Assembly (NCBI RefSeq): GCF_036788415.1 | Contig: NZ_DAIQNN010000006.1 | Coordinates: forward strand, 1,906 to 65,905 | Length of the DNA: 64,000 nt | From: Rubrimonas sp. | GTDB lineage: Bacteria > Pseudomonadota > Alphaproteobacteria > Rhodobacterales > Rhodobacteraceae | Reading direction: 5' to 3' | Shown: one piece after another, positions 34,457 to 43,310 of the stretch | How positions within the stretch are numbered: position 1 is the stretch's first letter | Layout: every line of letters begins with the position of its first letter | Position numbers and translations under genes: made by a program | The notes under the pieces: model-generated | The model's input: the letters and a program-made list of their open reading frames with translations, nothing else | Told to the model about the DNA's origin: nothing | Database searches by the model: none

Positions 34457-35533
34457 ATGTACGTCGCGGTCAAGGGCGGCGAAGCGGCGATCGACGCCGC
34501 CCACGCCCAGCTCGCCGAAGCCCGGCGCGGCGACCCCGCCGTCGCCGAGCTGTCGGTCGCCCAGATCCGCGAGCAGCTGGCGCTGGCGGTGGCGCGGGTG
34601 ATGGCCGAGGGCTCGCTGCTCGACCCCGATCTGGCGGCGCTCGCGCTCAAGCAGGCGCGGGGCGACGCGGTGGAGGCCGCCTTCCTGCTGCGCGCCTATC
34701 GCGCGACCCTGCCCCGCTTCGGCGCGGCGCATCCGCTCGACACCGGGGCGATGCAGGTCAAGCGGCGCATCTCGGCGACGTTCAAGGACGCTCCGGGGGG
34801 CCAGATCCTCGGGCCGACTTTCGACTACACGCACCGGCTGCTCGATTTCACGCTGGCGGCGGAGCGCGAAGCGACCGAGGCGCCCCAGTTCGCCGCGCCG
34901 GACGGCCCGCCGCCGGCCCCGCCGCCCCACATCCTCGGGCTGCTCGACGCCGAGGGGCTGATCGAGCGGGCGGAGGACGACGGCGCCGTCCCGCCTGACC
35001 TGACGCGCGAGCCGCTCGCCTTCCCCGCCTGCCGCGCGCTCCGGTTGCAGGCGCTCGCGCGCGGCGACGAGGGGTTCCTTCTCGGCCTCGCCTACTCCTC
35101 CCAGCGCGGGTTCGGGCGCACGCACCCGTTCGTCGGCGAGCTGCGCGTCGGCCATGTCCGCGTCGCGCTCGACATTCCCGAACTCGGCTTCGCCGTGGAG
35201 ATCGGCGAGATCGAAGTCACCGAGTGCGAGACGGTCAACCAGTTCGCGGGCGACGGCGAGACGCCGCCGCAGTTCACGCGCGGCTACGGGCTCGTCTTCG
35301 GCCATTGCGAGCGCAAGGCGCTGGCGATGGCGCTGGTCGACCGCGCGATGCGCTTCGCGGAATTCGGCGAGGAAGGCGGCGCGCCCGCGCAGGACGAGGA
35401 ATTCGTCCTCAGCCATTGCGACGCGATCCAGTCGAGCGGATTTCTCGAACACATCAAGCTGCCCCACTACGTGGACTTCCAGTCGGAATTGCAGCTGATC
35501 CGGGCGCTGCGCGCGCGGAAGGCCGCCGAATGA
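34457..35533 (+). CDS. phnI: C-P lyase system protein PhnI
   Basis: 358 aa. MYVAVKGGEAAIDAAH...RGDAVEAAFLLRAYR...FLEHIKLPHYVDFQSEL. Confidence 0.93.
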   Translation: MYVAVKGGEAAIDAAHAQLAEARRGDPAVAELSVAQIREQLALAVARVMAEGSLLDPDLAALALKQARGDAVEAAFLLRAYRATLPRFGAAHPLDTGAMQVKRRISATFKDAPGGQILGPTFDYTHRLLDFTLAAEREATEAPQFAAPDGPPPAPPPHILGLLDAEGLIERAEDDGAVPPDLTREPLAFPACRALRLQALARGDEGFLLGLAYSSQRGFGRTHPFVGELRVGHVRVALDIPELGFAVEIGEIEVTECETVNQFAGDGETPPQFTRGYGLVFGHCERKALAMALVDRAMRFAEFGEEGGAPAQDEEFVLSHCDAIQSSGFLEHIKLPHYVDFQSELQLIRALRARKAAE

Positions 35534-36402
35534 ACGCCGCCGACAACTCCACCGGCGTCGAGGGCTACAATTTCGCCTATCTCGACGAGGGCGCGAAACG
35601 GATGATCCGGCGCGCGCTGCTCAAGGCGGTGGCGATCCCCGGCTATCAGGCGCCCTTCGCAAGCCGCGAGATGCCGATGCCCTATGGCTGGGGCACCGGC
35701 GGCGTGCAGGTGACCGCCGCGTGCCTGACGCCCGACGACACGCTGAAGGTGATCGACCAGGGCGCCGACGACACCACGAACGCCGTCTCGATCCGAAAGT
35801 TCTTCCAGCGAGTCGCGGGCGTCGCCGTCACCGAGCGCACCGAAGAGGCGACGCTGATCCAGACGCGCCACCGCATCCCCGAGACGCCGCTGCGCGAAGG
35901 CCAGATCCTCGTCTATCAGGTGCCGATCCCCGAGCCGCTGCGCTTTCTTGAGCCGCGCGAGACCGAGACGCGCAAGATGCACGCGCTGTCGGAGTACGGC
36001 GCGATGCATGTGAAGCTCTACGAGGACATCGCGCGCCATGGCCGCATCGCGACAAGCTACGACTATCCGGTGCTGGTGGAGGGGCGCTACGTGACCGACC
36101 CCTCGCCGATCCCGAAATTCGACAACCCCAAGATGTCGGACAGCCCGGCGCTCCAACTGTTCGGGGCGGGGCGCGAGCAGCGGGTTTACGCGATCCCGCC
36201 GCACACGAAAGTGGTCAGCCTCGATTTCGAGGACCACCCGTTCGAGCGCGGGGGAACGGGGGAGACCTGCGCGCTGTGCGGGACGGCTGAGTCCTATCTC
36301 GACGAGATCGTGATCGACGACGCCGGCGGGCGGATGTTCGCCTGCTCCGACACCGACTGGTGCGCCAAGCGCCGCGCGGAAGCCGGGGAGGCGGCGCGAT
36401 GA
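35530..36402 (+). CDS. phnJ: Alpha-D-ribose 1-methylphosphonate 5-phosphate C-P lyase PhnJ
   Basis: ATGA overlap. YNFAYLDEGAKRMIRRALLKAVAIPGYQAPFASREMPMPYGWGTGG. C-terminal Cys cluster CALCG...FACSDTDWC. Confidence 0.95.
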   Translation: MNAADNSTGVEGYNFAYLDEGAKRMIRRALLKAVAIPGYQAPFASREMPMPYGWGTGGVQVTAACLTPDDTLKVIDQGADDTTNAVSIRKFFQRVAGVAVTERTEEATLIQTRHRIPETPLREGQILVYQVPIPEPLRFLEPRETETRKMHALSEYGAMHVKLYEDIARHGRIATSYDYPVLVEGRYVTDPSPIPKFDNPKMSDSPALQLFGAGREQRVYAIPPHTKVVSLDFEDHPFERGGTGETCALCGTAESYLDEIVIDDAGGRMFACSDTDWCAKRRAEAGEAAR

Positions 36403-37223
36403 GCGCGCGCGCCGAACGAACGGTCGCGCTGCGCCCGGCCACCGAGGAGGTCCCGGAGCCGCTGCTCGACGTGCGCGGCCTCACCCGGCGCTACGGCGCG
36501 CGGATCGGCTGCGCGGACGTGTCCTTCACGCTCGACGCGGGCGAAGTGCTGGGCGTCGTCGGCGAGTCGGGGTCGGGGAAAACGACGCTCCTCTCCTGCC
36601 TGTCCGGCCAGCTTCCGCCGAGCGCCGGCTGCGTGCGCTACAACGCGCCCGGCGAAGGCTGGATCGCGCTCGAGGCGCTCAGCGAGGCGCGGCGGCGGCT
36701 GCTCATGCGCACCGACTGGGCCTTCGTGCGGCAGAACCCGCGCGACGGGTTGCGCATGGGGGTGAGCGCGGGCGGCAACATCGGCGAGCGGCTGATGGCC
36801 ACGGGCTGGCGGCATTACGGGCGCATCCGGGGCGCCGCGCTCGACTGGCTGGAGCGGGTGGAGATCGCCGGCGACAGGATCGACGACAAGCCCACCCAGT
36901 TCTCGGGGGGCATGCAGCAGCGGTTGCAGATCGCGCGCAGCCTCGCCACCTCGCCGCGGCTGGTGTTCATGGACGAACCCACGGGCGGGCTCGACGTGTC
37001 GGTGCAGGCGCGGCTGCTCGACCTGATCCGCGAACTGGTGGGGGAGTTCGGGCTGTCGGCGATCGTGGTGACGCATGATCTGGCGGTGGCGCGGCTGCTC
37101 GCGCACCGGCTGATGGTGATGAAGGACGGCCGCACGGTCGAGACGGGGCTGACCGACCAGGTGCTCGACGACCCCCAGCATCCCTACACCCAGCTGCTCG
37201 TCAGCTCGATCCTGCAGGTCTGA
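36399..37223 (+). CDS. phnK: Phosphonate C-P lyase system ATP-binding protein PhnK
   Basis: ATGA overlap. Walker A GESGSGKTT, signature FSGGMQQRLQIA, Walker B LVFMDEPTGGLD. Confidence 0.9.
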   Translation: MSARAERTVALRPATEEVPEPLLDVRGLTRRYGARIGCADVSFTLDAGEVLGVVGESGSGKTTLLSCLSGQLPPSAGCVRYNAPGEGWIALEALSEARRRLLMRTDWAFVRQNPRDGLRMGVSAGGNIGERLMATGWRHYGRIRGAALDWLERVEIAGDRIDDKPTQFSGGMQQRLQIARSLATSPRLVFMDEPTGGLDVSVQARLLDLIRELVGEFGLSAIVVTHDLAVARLLAHRLMVMKDGRTVETGLTDQVLDDPQHPYTQLLVSSILQV

Positions 37224-37226
37224 GCC

Positions 37227-37919
37227 ATGGAGATGATCGCGGTCGAGAACGTCGCCAAATCCTTCACGCTGCACACGCAGGGCGGCGCGCGGATCGCCGC
37301 GCTGGACGGCGTGTCGCTCAGCGTGCGGGGGGGCGAATGCGTGGCGCTGACAGGCGAGTCCGGCGCGGGCAAGTCCACGCTGATGCGGATGATCTACGGC
37401 AATTACCTCGCCGAGCGCGGCGCGATCCGCGTGCGCGAGGGCGCCGATTGGGTCGACGTCGCATCTGCGGCGCCGCGCGACATCCTGCGGCTGCGGCGCG
37501 GCGCGCTCGGCTACGTCTCGCAGTTCCTGCGGGTGATCCCGCGCGTGCCGGCGCGCGACGTCGTGGCCGAGCCCTTGCGCGCGCTGGGCGTGGATCGCGA
37601 GGCGGCGCGGGCGCGGGCCGAGGAGTTGCTCGAGCGGCTGCGCATCCGGCGCGCGCTGTGGGATCTGTCGCCCACCACCTTCTCGGGCGGGGAACAGCAG
37701 CGTGTGAACATCGCGCGCGGCTTCGCCCATCCCTACCCCGCGCTGCTGCTCGACGAGCCGACCGCTTCGCTGGATGCGGCAAACCGCGCGACGGTGCTGG
37801 CGCTGATCGCCGAGGCGAAGGCGCGGGGCGCGGCGATCCTCGGGATCTTCCACGACGCCGAGGCGCGCGCGCAGGTCGCAGACCGCCTGTTCGAACTCGC
37901 GCCGGTTCGGGCGGCGTGA
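37227..37919 (+). CDS. phnL: Phosphonate C-P lyase system ATP-binding protein PhnL
   Basis: 230 aa. GESGAGKST, FSGGEQQRVNIAR, LLLDEPTASLD. Follows phnK. Confidence 0.9.
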   Translation: MEMIAVENVAKSFTLHTQGGARIAALDGVSLSVRGGECVALTGESGAGKSTLMRMIYGNYLAERGAIRVREGADWVDVASAAPRDILRLRRGALGYVSQFLRVIPRVPARDVVAEPLRALGVDREAARARAEELLERLRIRRALWDLSPTTFSGGEQQRVNIARGFAHPYPALLLDEPTASLDAANRATVLALIAEAKARGAAILGIFHDAEARAQVADRLFELAPVRAA

Positions 37920-38524
37920 CGGACCGTCTCCGTGCGCGCGGCGTCCTGCACCTCGTCGTCGGACCGTCCGGGGTCGGCAAGGATGCGCTGATCGACCGCG
38001 CGCGGGTCGCCCGTCCCGACATCCTGTTCCCCCGCCGCTGGATCACGCGCAGCGCCGACGCCGGCGGCGAGGCGCATGTCGCAGTCGCGCCGGAGGCGTT
38101 CGAGGCGATGGCGGCGGCGGGCGATTTCGCGCTGCACTGGCGGGCGCACGGGCTGGCCTACGGGGTCCCGCGCGCGATGGCCGACGCGCTCGGGGCGGGG
38201 CGGCATGTCGTGCTCAACGCCTCGCGCGCCGCGGTGGCGCAGGCGCGGGCGCAGTTCCAGCCGGTGCGGGTGCTGCTCGTCGCCGCGCCGCCCGAGGCGC
38301 TGGCCCGCCGCATCGCCGCGCGCGGACGCGAGACGGAAGCCGAGGCGCGCGCCCGGCTCGACCGCGCGCCGCCCCCTCCGACCGGGCCGGATGTTCGGAC
38401 GATCGACAATGGCGGCGCGCTGGACGACGCCGCGGCGGCCTTTCTCGCGGCGTTGGCGCCGCCCGTTGATCCCGAGCCGGAGGCCGGGCAATCTCGCTCC
38501 CGGCTGATGGAGGAGCGAAGCTGA
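37916..38524 (+). CDS. phnN: Ribose 1,5-bisphosphate phosphokinase PhnN
   Basis: GTGA overlap start at 37916. P-loop VVGPSGVGKDAL, ...FALHWRAHGLAYGVP... guanylate-kinase-like. Has a short extra C-terminal tail. Confidence 0.85.
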   Translation: MTDRLRARGVLHLVVGPSGVGKDALIDRARVARPDILFPRRWITRSADAGGEAHVAVAPEAFEAMAAAGDFALHWRAHGLAYGVPRAMADALGAGRHVVLNASRAAVAQARAQFQPVRVLLVAAPPEALARRIAARGRETEAEARARLDRAPPPPTGPDVRTIDNGGALDDAAAAFLAALAPPVDPEPEAGQSRSRLMEERS

Positions 38525-39456
38525 TGCGCGGATGGCTCGGAGCGGCGCTCGCCGCATGCGCGGCGGGTCTCGCCCCGTCGGGCGCGGCGGCGCAGGAAGT
38601 CGCCTGCGGCGTTCCGCATGTGATCGCGCCGGGAGAGACGCTGCACCGCATCGCCGTCCGCGCCTATGGAGCGGACGGGAACTTCCGCACGCTGTTCACG
38701 GCGAACCGCGCGCGGCTGGGCTGGCGAGACCCCTCCCAGATCGAGATCGGCCAGGTGATCGCCATCCCCTGCCCCGAGGGCGCGCCGCAACCTCCGCTCG
38801 CGCTTCTCGCCGCTCCGCGCGCGACAGGTGGCGCAGATCCCGACCTCGCCGCCGAAATCGCCATCGCCGCGCTGGCGGAGACGCGGCGCGGGGAGGACTC
38901 CGTCGCGCTGACCGTTCTGGGACCGCGAGAGGCGCATCTCGGCGGCCTGCTCGGCCCCGATCTGCACCGCCTCAGCCTGCCCTGGCCGCGCCCGGACTGC
39001 GCGGCGGCGGCGACCGATCACGCCGATCCGCAGACCGCCCGCCTGTGTTCGGAGTTCCTCTGGTCGCGCCCGCTCCGCGCGCGGTTCGACGTGGCGGTCG
39101 CGCGGGAGGGCGACGCGCCCGGACCCGAAGCGCCCACTTGCCGGGCCGAGGACAGGGAGCAGGCGCGCGCCTGTCTCGACGCCCTGCGCACGGGCGCAGC
39201 CGAACTCGCGGCGATGGAGGCGGCGCTGCTCGACGCGCTCGCCGCCGAGCCGGGCGCGCTCGACGGGCTCGCCGAACTGCCCGGACTCACCCGAGAGACC
39301 ATGCTTCACGCCATCGCGCCGATCGCCTCGCCGACCGCCGCAGCCGACATCGCCCGCCTCGACGCAGGGCTCGCGGCGCTGGAGGCGTCGGGCGCGGCGC
39401 TGGCGCTGCGCCTCTCGGCGCTCGCCGCTCAGGGCTCGGAGACGACGACGCCCTGA
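38524..39456 (+). CDS. Secreted LysM-domain protein of unknown function
   Basis: TGATG overlap with the phnN stop. Signal peptide MRGWLGAALAACAAGLAPSGAAAQ. LysM-like HVIAPGETLHRIAVRAYGADGNFRTLFTANRARLGWRDPSQIEIGQVIAIP. About 220 further aa (Ala/Leu/Asp-rich, several Cys) without motifs I recognise. Confidence 0.7.
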   Translation: MRGWLGAALAACAAGLAPSGAAAQEVACGVPHVIAPGETLHRIAVRAYGADGNFRTLFTANRARLGWRDPSQIEIGQVIAIPCPEGAPQPPLALLAAPRATGGADPDLAAEIAIAALAETRRGEDSVALTVLGPREAHLGGLLGPDLHRLSLPWPRPDCAAAATDHADPQTARLCSEFLWSRPLRARFDVAVAREGDAPGPEAPTCRAEDREQARACLDALRTGAAELAAMEAALLDALAAEPGALDGLAELPGLTRETMLHAIAPIASPTAAADIARLDAGLAALEASGAALALRLSALAAQGSETTTP

Positions 39457-40214
39457 AGCGGGAACCGGCGCAGCAGACGGAAAGTCGCGCCGTCGCCCGG
39501 ATCGCCGAACACGCAGATCTCCTCGATGTGGAAATCGGCCTCCAGCCCGGGGGCGAACAGGTCCTGAAGGATCGGCGCGGCCACTGCGGCTTCGGTCGAG
39601 GCGAGCGGGCCGGTCAGGGTGATGTGGAAGCGGAACCGGTCCAGCACCCACGGATAGCCCCAGTTGCGCAAATGCGCCTCCTCGACCATGTCGAGCCCCG
39701 CGCGGCGGCGGCGGTGCGTCTCGGCGCCGGTCAGCGGCGCGCGCAGCAGGTCGAGTTCGGTCACGCAGGCGTCGGCCAGCGCGCGCAGCGCCGGCGGGTC
39801 GACGGGCTGTCGCGCCGGATCGGGCGCCTTTTCGCCGCCCTCGCCCTCCGCCTCGGGATCGGGCGGCCCGAGCGGGCGCAGGCTGAGAAATCCGAGACCG
39901 AAATCGACCCGCAGCCCCGGCGCGCGCACCGGCGGCGTGCGTTCGGCCAGCGCCGCCACGGCCTCGCAGAGCGTGTCGGGGTCGATCCCATCGGCGAGAC
40001 GGAAGGGCGGCTTGAGCGTCGCGTGCAGCCCGTAGCGGCGCGCCTCGCGGGTGAGGCGCGCGCGCGGCGCGGGCAGGCCGGGAGGCTCGGGCGCGGCGAC
40101 CCCGTCTCCGGTCTCGGGATCGGCGCCGAGCCATTCCGCTCCGATCCGCGCCAGCGCGGAGCCCTGAGGCGGCGCATAGAACACGGCGTAGCGGGCGTAG
40201 GCGGTCGTGCGCAT
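39429..40214 (-). CDS. DUF1045 putative phosphonate-metabolism protein (2H phosphoesterase fold)
   Basis: 261 aa. YAVFYAPP..., two H-x-T-L motifs (GLHATLKPPF and FRFHITLTG). Sits between the phn operon and phnM. Confidence 0.85.
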   Translation of the reverse strand: MRTTAYARYAVFYAPPQGSALARIGAEWLGADPETGDGVAAPEPPGLPAPRARLTREARRYGLHATLKPPFRLADGIDPDTLCEAVAALAERTPPVRAPGLRVDFGLGFLSLRPLGPPDPEAEGEGGEKAPDPARQPVDPPALRALADACVTELDLLRAPLTGAETHRRRRAGLDMVEEAHLRNWGYPWVLDRFRFHITLTGPLASTEAAVAAPILQDLFAPGLEADFHIEEICVFGDPGDGATFRLLRRFPLQGVVVSEP

Positions 40215-40346
40215 CGCATCCCTCGGGCGAGTCGGCGGCTCTGCTGCGCTTCTATCCCTCTGAGCGTGACCGATATATGAAATTGACGCCGGCGCCGCGC
40301 TCGACTACCGCCCGACGCGGCCCGCCGCCGCCGCAGGAGCCCCGCA

Positions 40347-41498
40347 ATGCCCTCCCCTTCCGCCGAACTGACGCTGGCCAACGCGCGAGTCGTCGCCCCA
40401 GACCGGGTCTTCGTCGGCGCGGTTCTGGTGCGCGACGGCATGATCGCCGACATCTCCGAAGGGGCGCGCGCGCCGGCCGGCGCGGTCGATTGCGAAGGCG
40501 ACCACCTTCTTCCCGGCCTCGTCGAGCTGCACACCGACAATCTGGAGCGCCATCTGCACCCCCGCCCAGGCGTGGACTGGCCGCGCCGCGCCGCCGTCGC
40601 CGCTCATGACGCCGAATTCGCCGCCGGCGGCGCGACGACCGTGCTCGACGCGCTGCGTCTCGGCTCGACGACCGGCGAGGACCTCGCCGCGCTGGCGCTC
40701 GAAGCGCTCGAGGCGATCGGCCAGCTGCGCGCGCTCGACCTGCTGCGCGCCGACCATTTCGTTCATCTGCGCTGCGAACTGACCGCGCCCGAACTCGTCG
40801 CCGAGTTCGACGCCCTGCATGGCGAGGACCGGCTGCGGCTGATCTCGATCATGGACCATACGCCCGGCCAGCGGCAATTCGCGAGCCTCGACCAGTACGT
40901 CCTCTATTACCGCGACAAGAAGGGCTTCACCGACGCGCAGCTCGACGCCCACATCGCCGAGGCCAAGGCGTTGCAGGAGGCCCATGGCGCGCCGAACCTC
41001 GCCGCGATGGTCGCGCGGATGCGCGGCGCGCGCTTCGCCATCGCGAGCCATGACGACGCGACCGAAGCCCATGTCGCCGAAAGTGCGGCGCTCGGCGCGG
41101 GCATCGCCGAATTTCCCACGACCCTCGAAGCCGCGCGCGCCTCGCGGGCGGCGGGGATGCGCATCCTGATGGGCGCGCCCAACGTGCTGCGCGGCAAATC
41201 GCATTCGGGCAACGTCTCGGCGCTGGAGCTGGCCCGCGACGGGCTGGTGGACATCCTGTCCTCGGACTACGCCCCCGCCTCGCTGCTGCTCGCCGCCTTC
41301 AAGCTCGCCGAGGAGGTCGAGGGCTGGACTCTGCCGCGCGCCGTCGCCTGCGTCACCCGCAACCCGGCCGAAGCCGTGGGCCTCGACGACCGCGGGGCCA
41401 TCGAGATCGGGCGGCGCGCCGACCTCGCGCGCGTCTATCACGTCGAGCGGCTCTGCGTGACGCGGGGGCTTTGGCGGGCGGGGCGTCAGGTGCTCTGA
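40347..41498 (+). CDS. phnM: Alpha-D-ribose 1-methylphosphonate 5-triphosphate diphosphatase PhnM
   Basis: 383 aa amidohydrolase. LLPGLVELHTDNLERHLHPRPGV..., ...IASHDDAT..., ILSSDYAP. Confidence 0.9.
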   Translation: MPSPSAELTLANARVVAPDRVFVGAVLVRDGMIADISEGARAPAGAVDCEGDHLLPGLVELHTDNLERHLHPRPGVDWPRRAAVAAHDAEFAAGGATTVLDALRLGSTTGEDLAALALEALEAIGQLRALDLLRADHFVHLRCELTAPELVAEFDALHGEDRLRLISIMDHTPGQRQFASLDQYVLYYRDKKGFTDAQLDAHIAEAKALQEAHGAPNLAAMVARMRGARFAIASHDDATEAHVAESAALGAGIAEFPTTLEAARASRAAGMRILMGAPNVLRGKSHSGNVSALELARDGLVDILSSDYAPASLLLAAFKLAEEVEGWTLPRAVACVTRNPAEAVGLDDRGAIEIGRRADLARVYHVERLCVTRGLWRAGRQVL

Positions 41499-42595
41499 GG
41501 GCTCGGCGCCGCGACGGGCGCGATCAGGCGGGTCAGCGTCTCGGGATTGCGGAAATACTGCTCGTGGGTCGAGGCGTTCCAGCCGGCCCACCAGCCCTGA
41601 GGCGAGCGGACCACCAGCGAGGACGCCTCGCCGAAGGCTTCGCGGTGGCCCGGCGTGAACCCCGCAACCCAGTCGTTGCGCGCGATCACGTCAGTCCAGC
41701 CTGCGAGCGGGGGATCGGCGGCGAGCAGCTTGGCGCGCTCGGCGTCCATCTCGGGCTCCTGCGCGCAGAACACCCGCATCGGCGCGCCCCAGCTGTGGAA
41801 GTGGGTGCGCGCGCGGTCGGCCCCCCAATCGGCCAGCGCGTCGATGGCGATGGCCGCGCCCATGCTGTGACCGACGACGAAGACTTCGTCGTAACACTCT
41901 GGCGAAGCGTAGATCTGGGCGAGCAGCCGCTCGACGCGGCTTTTCGCGCGCGCGCGCACGCCGGCGGCGGCGTCGCCTTCGCGCGCGTCGGTGAGATAGC
42001 TCTTCGAGAACTCGGCCAACGCCGCGATCCGGTCGGCCTGAAGCCCCGCCAGAAGCCCCGGCAGGACGGTCCACCAGGGCTGCGCCTGCACCCATCCCAC
42101 CGCGCCCGAGAGCGCGTCGGCGCCGACGAGCCCCGACAGCCAGCCCGGCGCGAGCGAGGGGTCCGACGCCAGCGCCTTGGCCGCGAGCAGGGCCAGCGAG
42201 GCGTACCACGCCAGCAGCAGCGCACCCGAAGCCGCCAGCGCCGCGCCCAGATAATTGGGCCGCAGCAGGCCCTTGGCGACGCCACCGAAGAACCAGTAGG
42301 CCAGCAGCGCGAAACCGCGCGTGACCTTGCGAACAGGGTCTGCGGGCAGTTCGGCGGGGATCAGATCGCCCCAGAACGCCTCGTGGACGTCGATGCGGAT
42401 GGCGGGCGCGTCGGGCCGACGCTCGGTCGCGGTCAACCGGCGCGCCGAAAAGCCGTTGAGCTCGACCGGGTCGGGTTCGAAATCCCGCGCGAAGCCGTCG
42501 GCGTGGAACTCGAAGGCGGCGCAGAGCTGGTCGCGAACCGCCCCCTGCTCGCGCTTGCCGTAGCCCGGAACGACGACGACCGCGCGGCGGATCAT
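41486..42595 (-). CDS. Alpha/beta-hydrolase-like protein with inserted transmembrane segments
   Basis: 369 aa. Nucleophile elbow VVGHSMGAAIA. Two to three hydrophobic helices (FALLAYWFFGGVAKGLL; LGAALAASGALLLAWYASLALLAA) between the N-terminal strand region and the catalytic core. Confidence 0.65.
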   Translation of the reverse strand: MIRRAVVVVPGYGKREQGAVRDQLCAAFEFHADGFARDFEPDPVELNGFSARRLTATERRPDAPAIRIDVHEAFWGDLIPAELPADPVRKVTRGFALLAYWFFGGVAKGLLRPNYLGAALAASGALLLAWYASLALLAAKALASDPSLAPGWLSGLVGADALSGAVGWVQAQPWWTVLPGLLAGLQADRIAALAEFSKSYLTDAREGDAAAGVRARAKSRVERLLAQIYASPECYDEVFVVGHSMGAAIAIDALADWGADRARTHFHSWGAPMRVFCAQEPEMDAERAKLLAADPPLAGWTDVIARNDWVAGFTPGHREAFGEASSLVVRSPQGWWAGWNASTHEQYFRNPETLTRLIAPVAAPSPQST

Positions 42596-42599
42596 GGCG

Positions 42600-43310
42600 C
42601 TACCGTGCCTCGCGCAGCAGCGCCGCGAGCCGCGCCGCGTCGAGGAACGCCGCGCGCCGGCGTTCGGCGGCGGCTTCGGCCTCGGCGTCCGCGCCCCATT
42701 GCGCGATCTGCCAGATCTCGTCGACCCGGCTCGCCTCCCAGGCTTCGGCTGCGTCCATCGCCCCCTCCGCCGCCGCCAGCCCCAGCACGAGCGACCCCGA
42801 AAGGCTCGTCAGTTCGGCCAGCGCCGTCAAGGCGAAAGCGTCGCAGGCCGCCACCGCCGCGCGCAGCCGCGCGAGGCTCTCGGGCGGCTGGGCGACAGGG
42901 GCGATCCCTTGCGCGCAGATCAGCGGCGCGCCGTGGCGGGCGCGCGCCCAGGCGAGCGGCGGGTCCCACGCCGCCGCCTCGCGCGCGACGAGTTCGGCGG
43001 GCGCGGCGGCGCGGTAACAAAGAAGATCGCTCGCCCCGTAAGCCGCGACGTCCTCGACCACCTGCGCCTGCGCCGGGGCGACTCGGTCAAGCGCGGTGTT
43101 GAGCGCGCGGGTCAACGGCATGGTCTGCGGCGCGAGCGTCTCGCCCTGCGCCGCCCATTCCGAGGCGACGCCCTCGGCCAGCGCGCGCAGAGGCGCCGCC
43201 AGCGGCCTGCCGGCGGGGGTGCGGACGGGCCGGCCGTCGAGCAGCACCGCCCAGCCCTCGGGAGCCTCGACGGCGGCGGCCTCGGTCCAGAAGCGTTTGC
43301 GCGCGGTCAT
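42600..43310 (-). CDS. ATP12-family F1-ATPase assembly chaperone
   Basis: 236 aa. KRFWTEAAAVEAPEGWAVLLDGRPVRTPAG..., ...DLLCYRA... typical ATP12 blocks. Confidence 0.85.
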   Translation of the reverse strand: MTARKRFWTEAAAVEAPEGWAVLLDGRPVRTPAGRPLAAPLRALAEGVASEWAAQGETLAPQTMPLTRALNTALDRVAPAQAQVVEDVAAYGASDLLCYRAAAPAELVAREAAAWDPPLAWARARHGAPLICAQGIAPVAQPPESLARLRAAVAACDAFALTALAELTSLSGSLVLGLAAAEGAMDAAEAWEASRVDEIWQIAQWGADAEAEAAAERRRAAFLDAARLAALLREAR

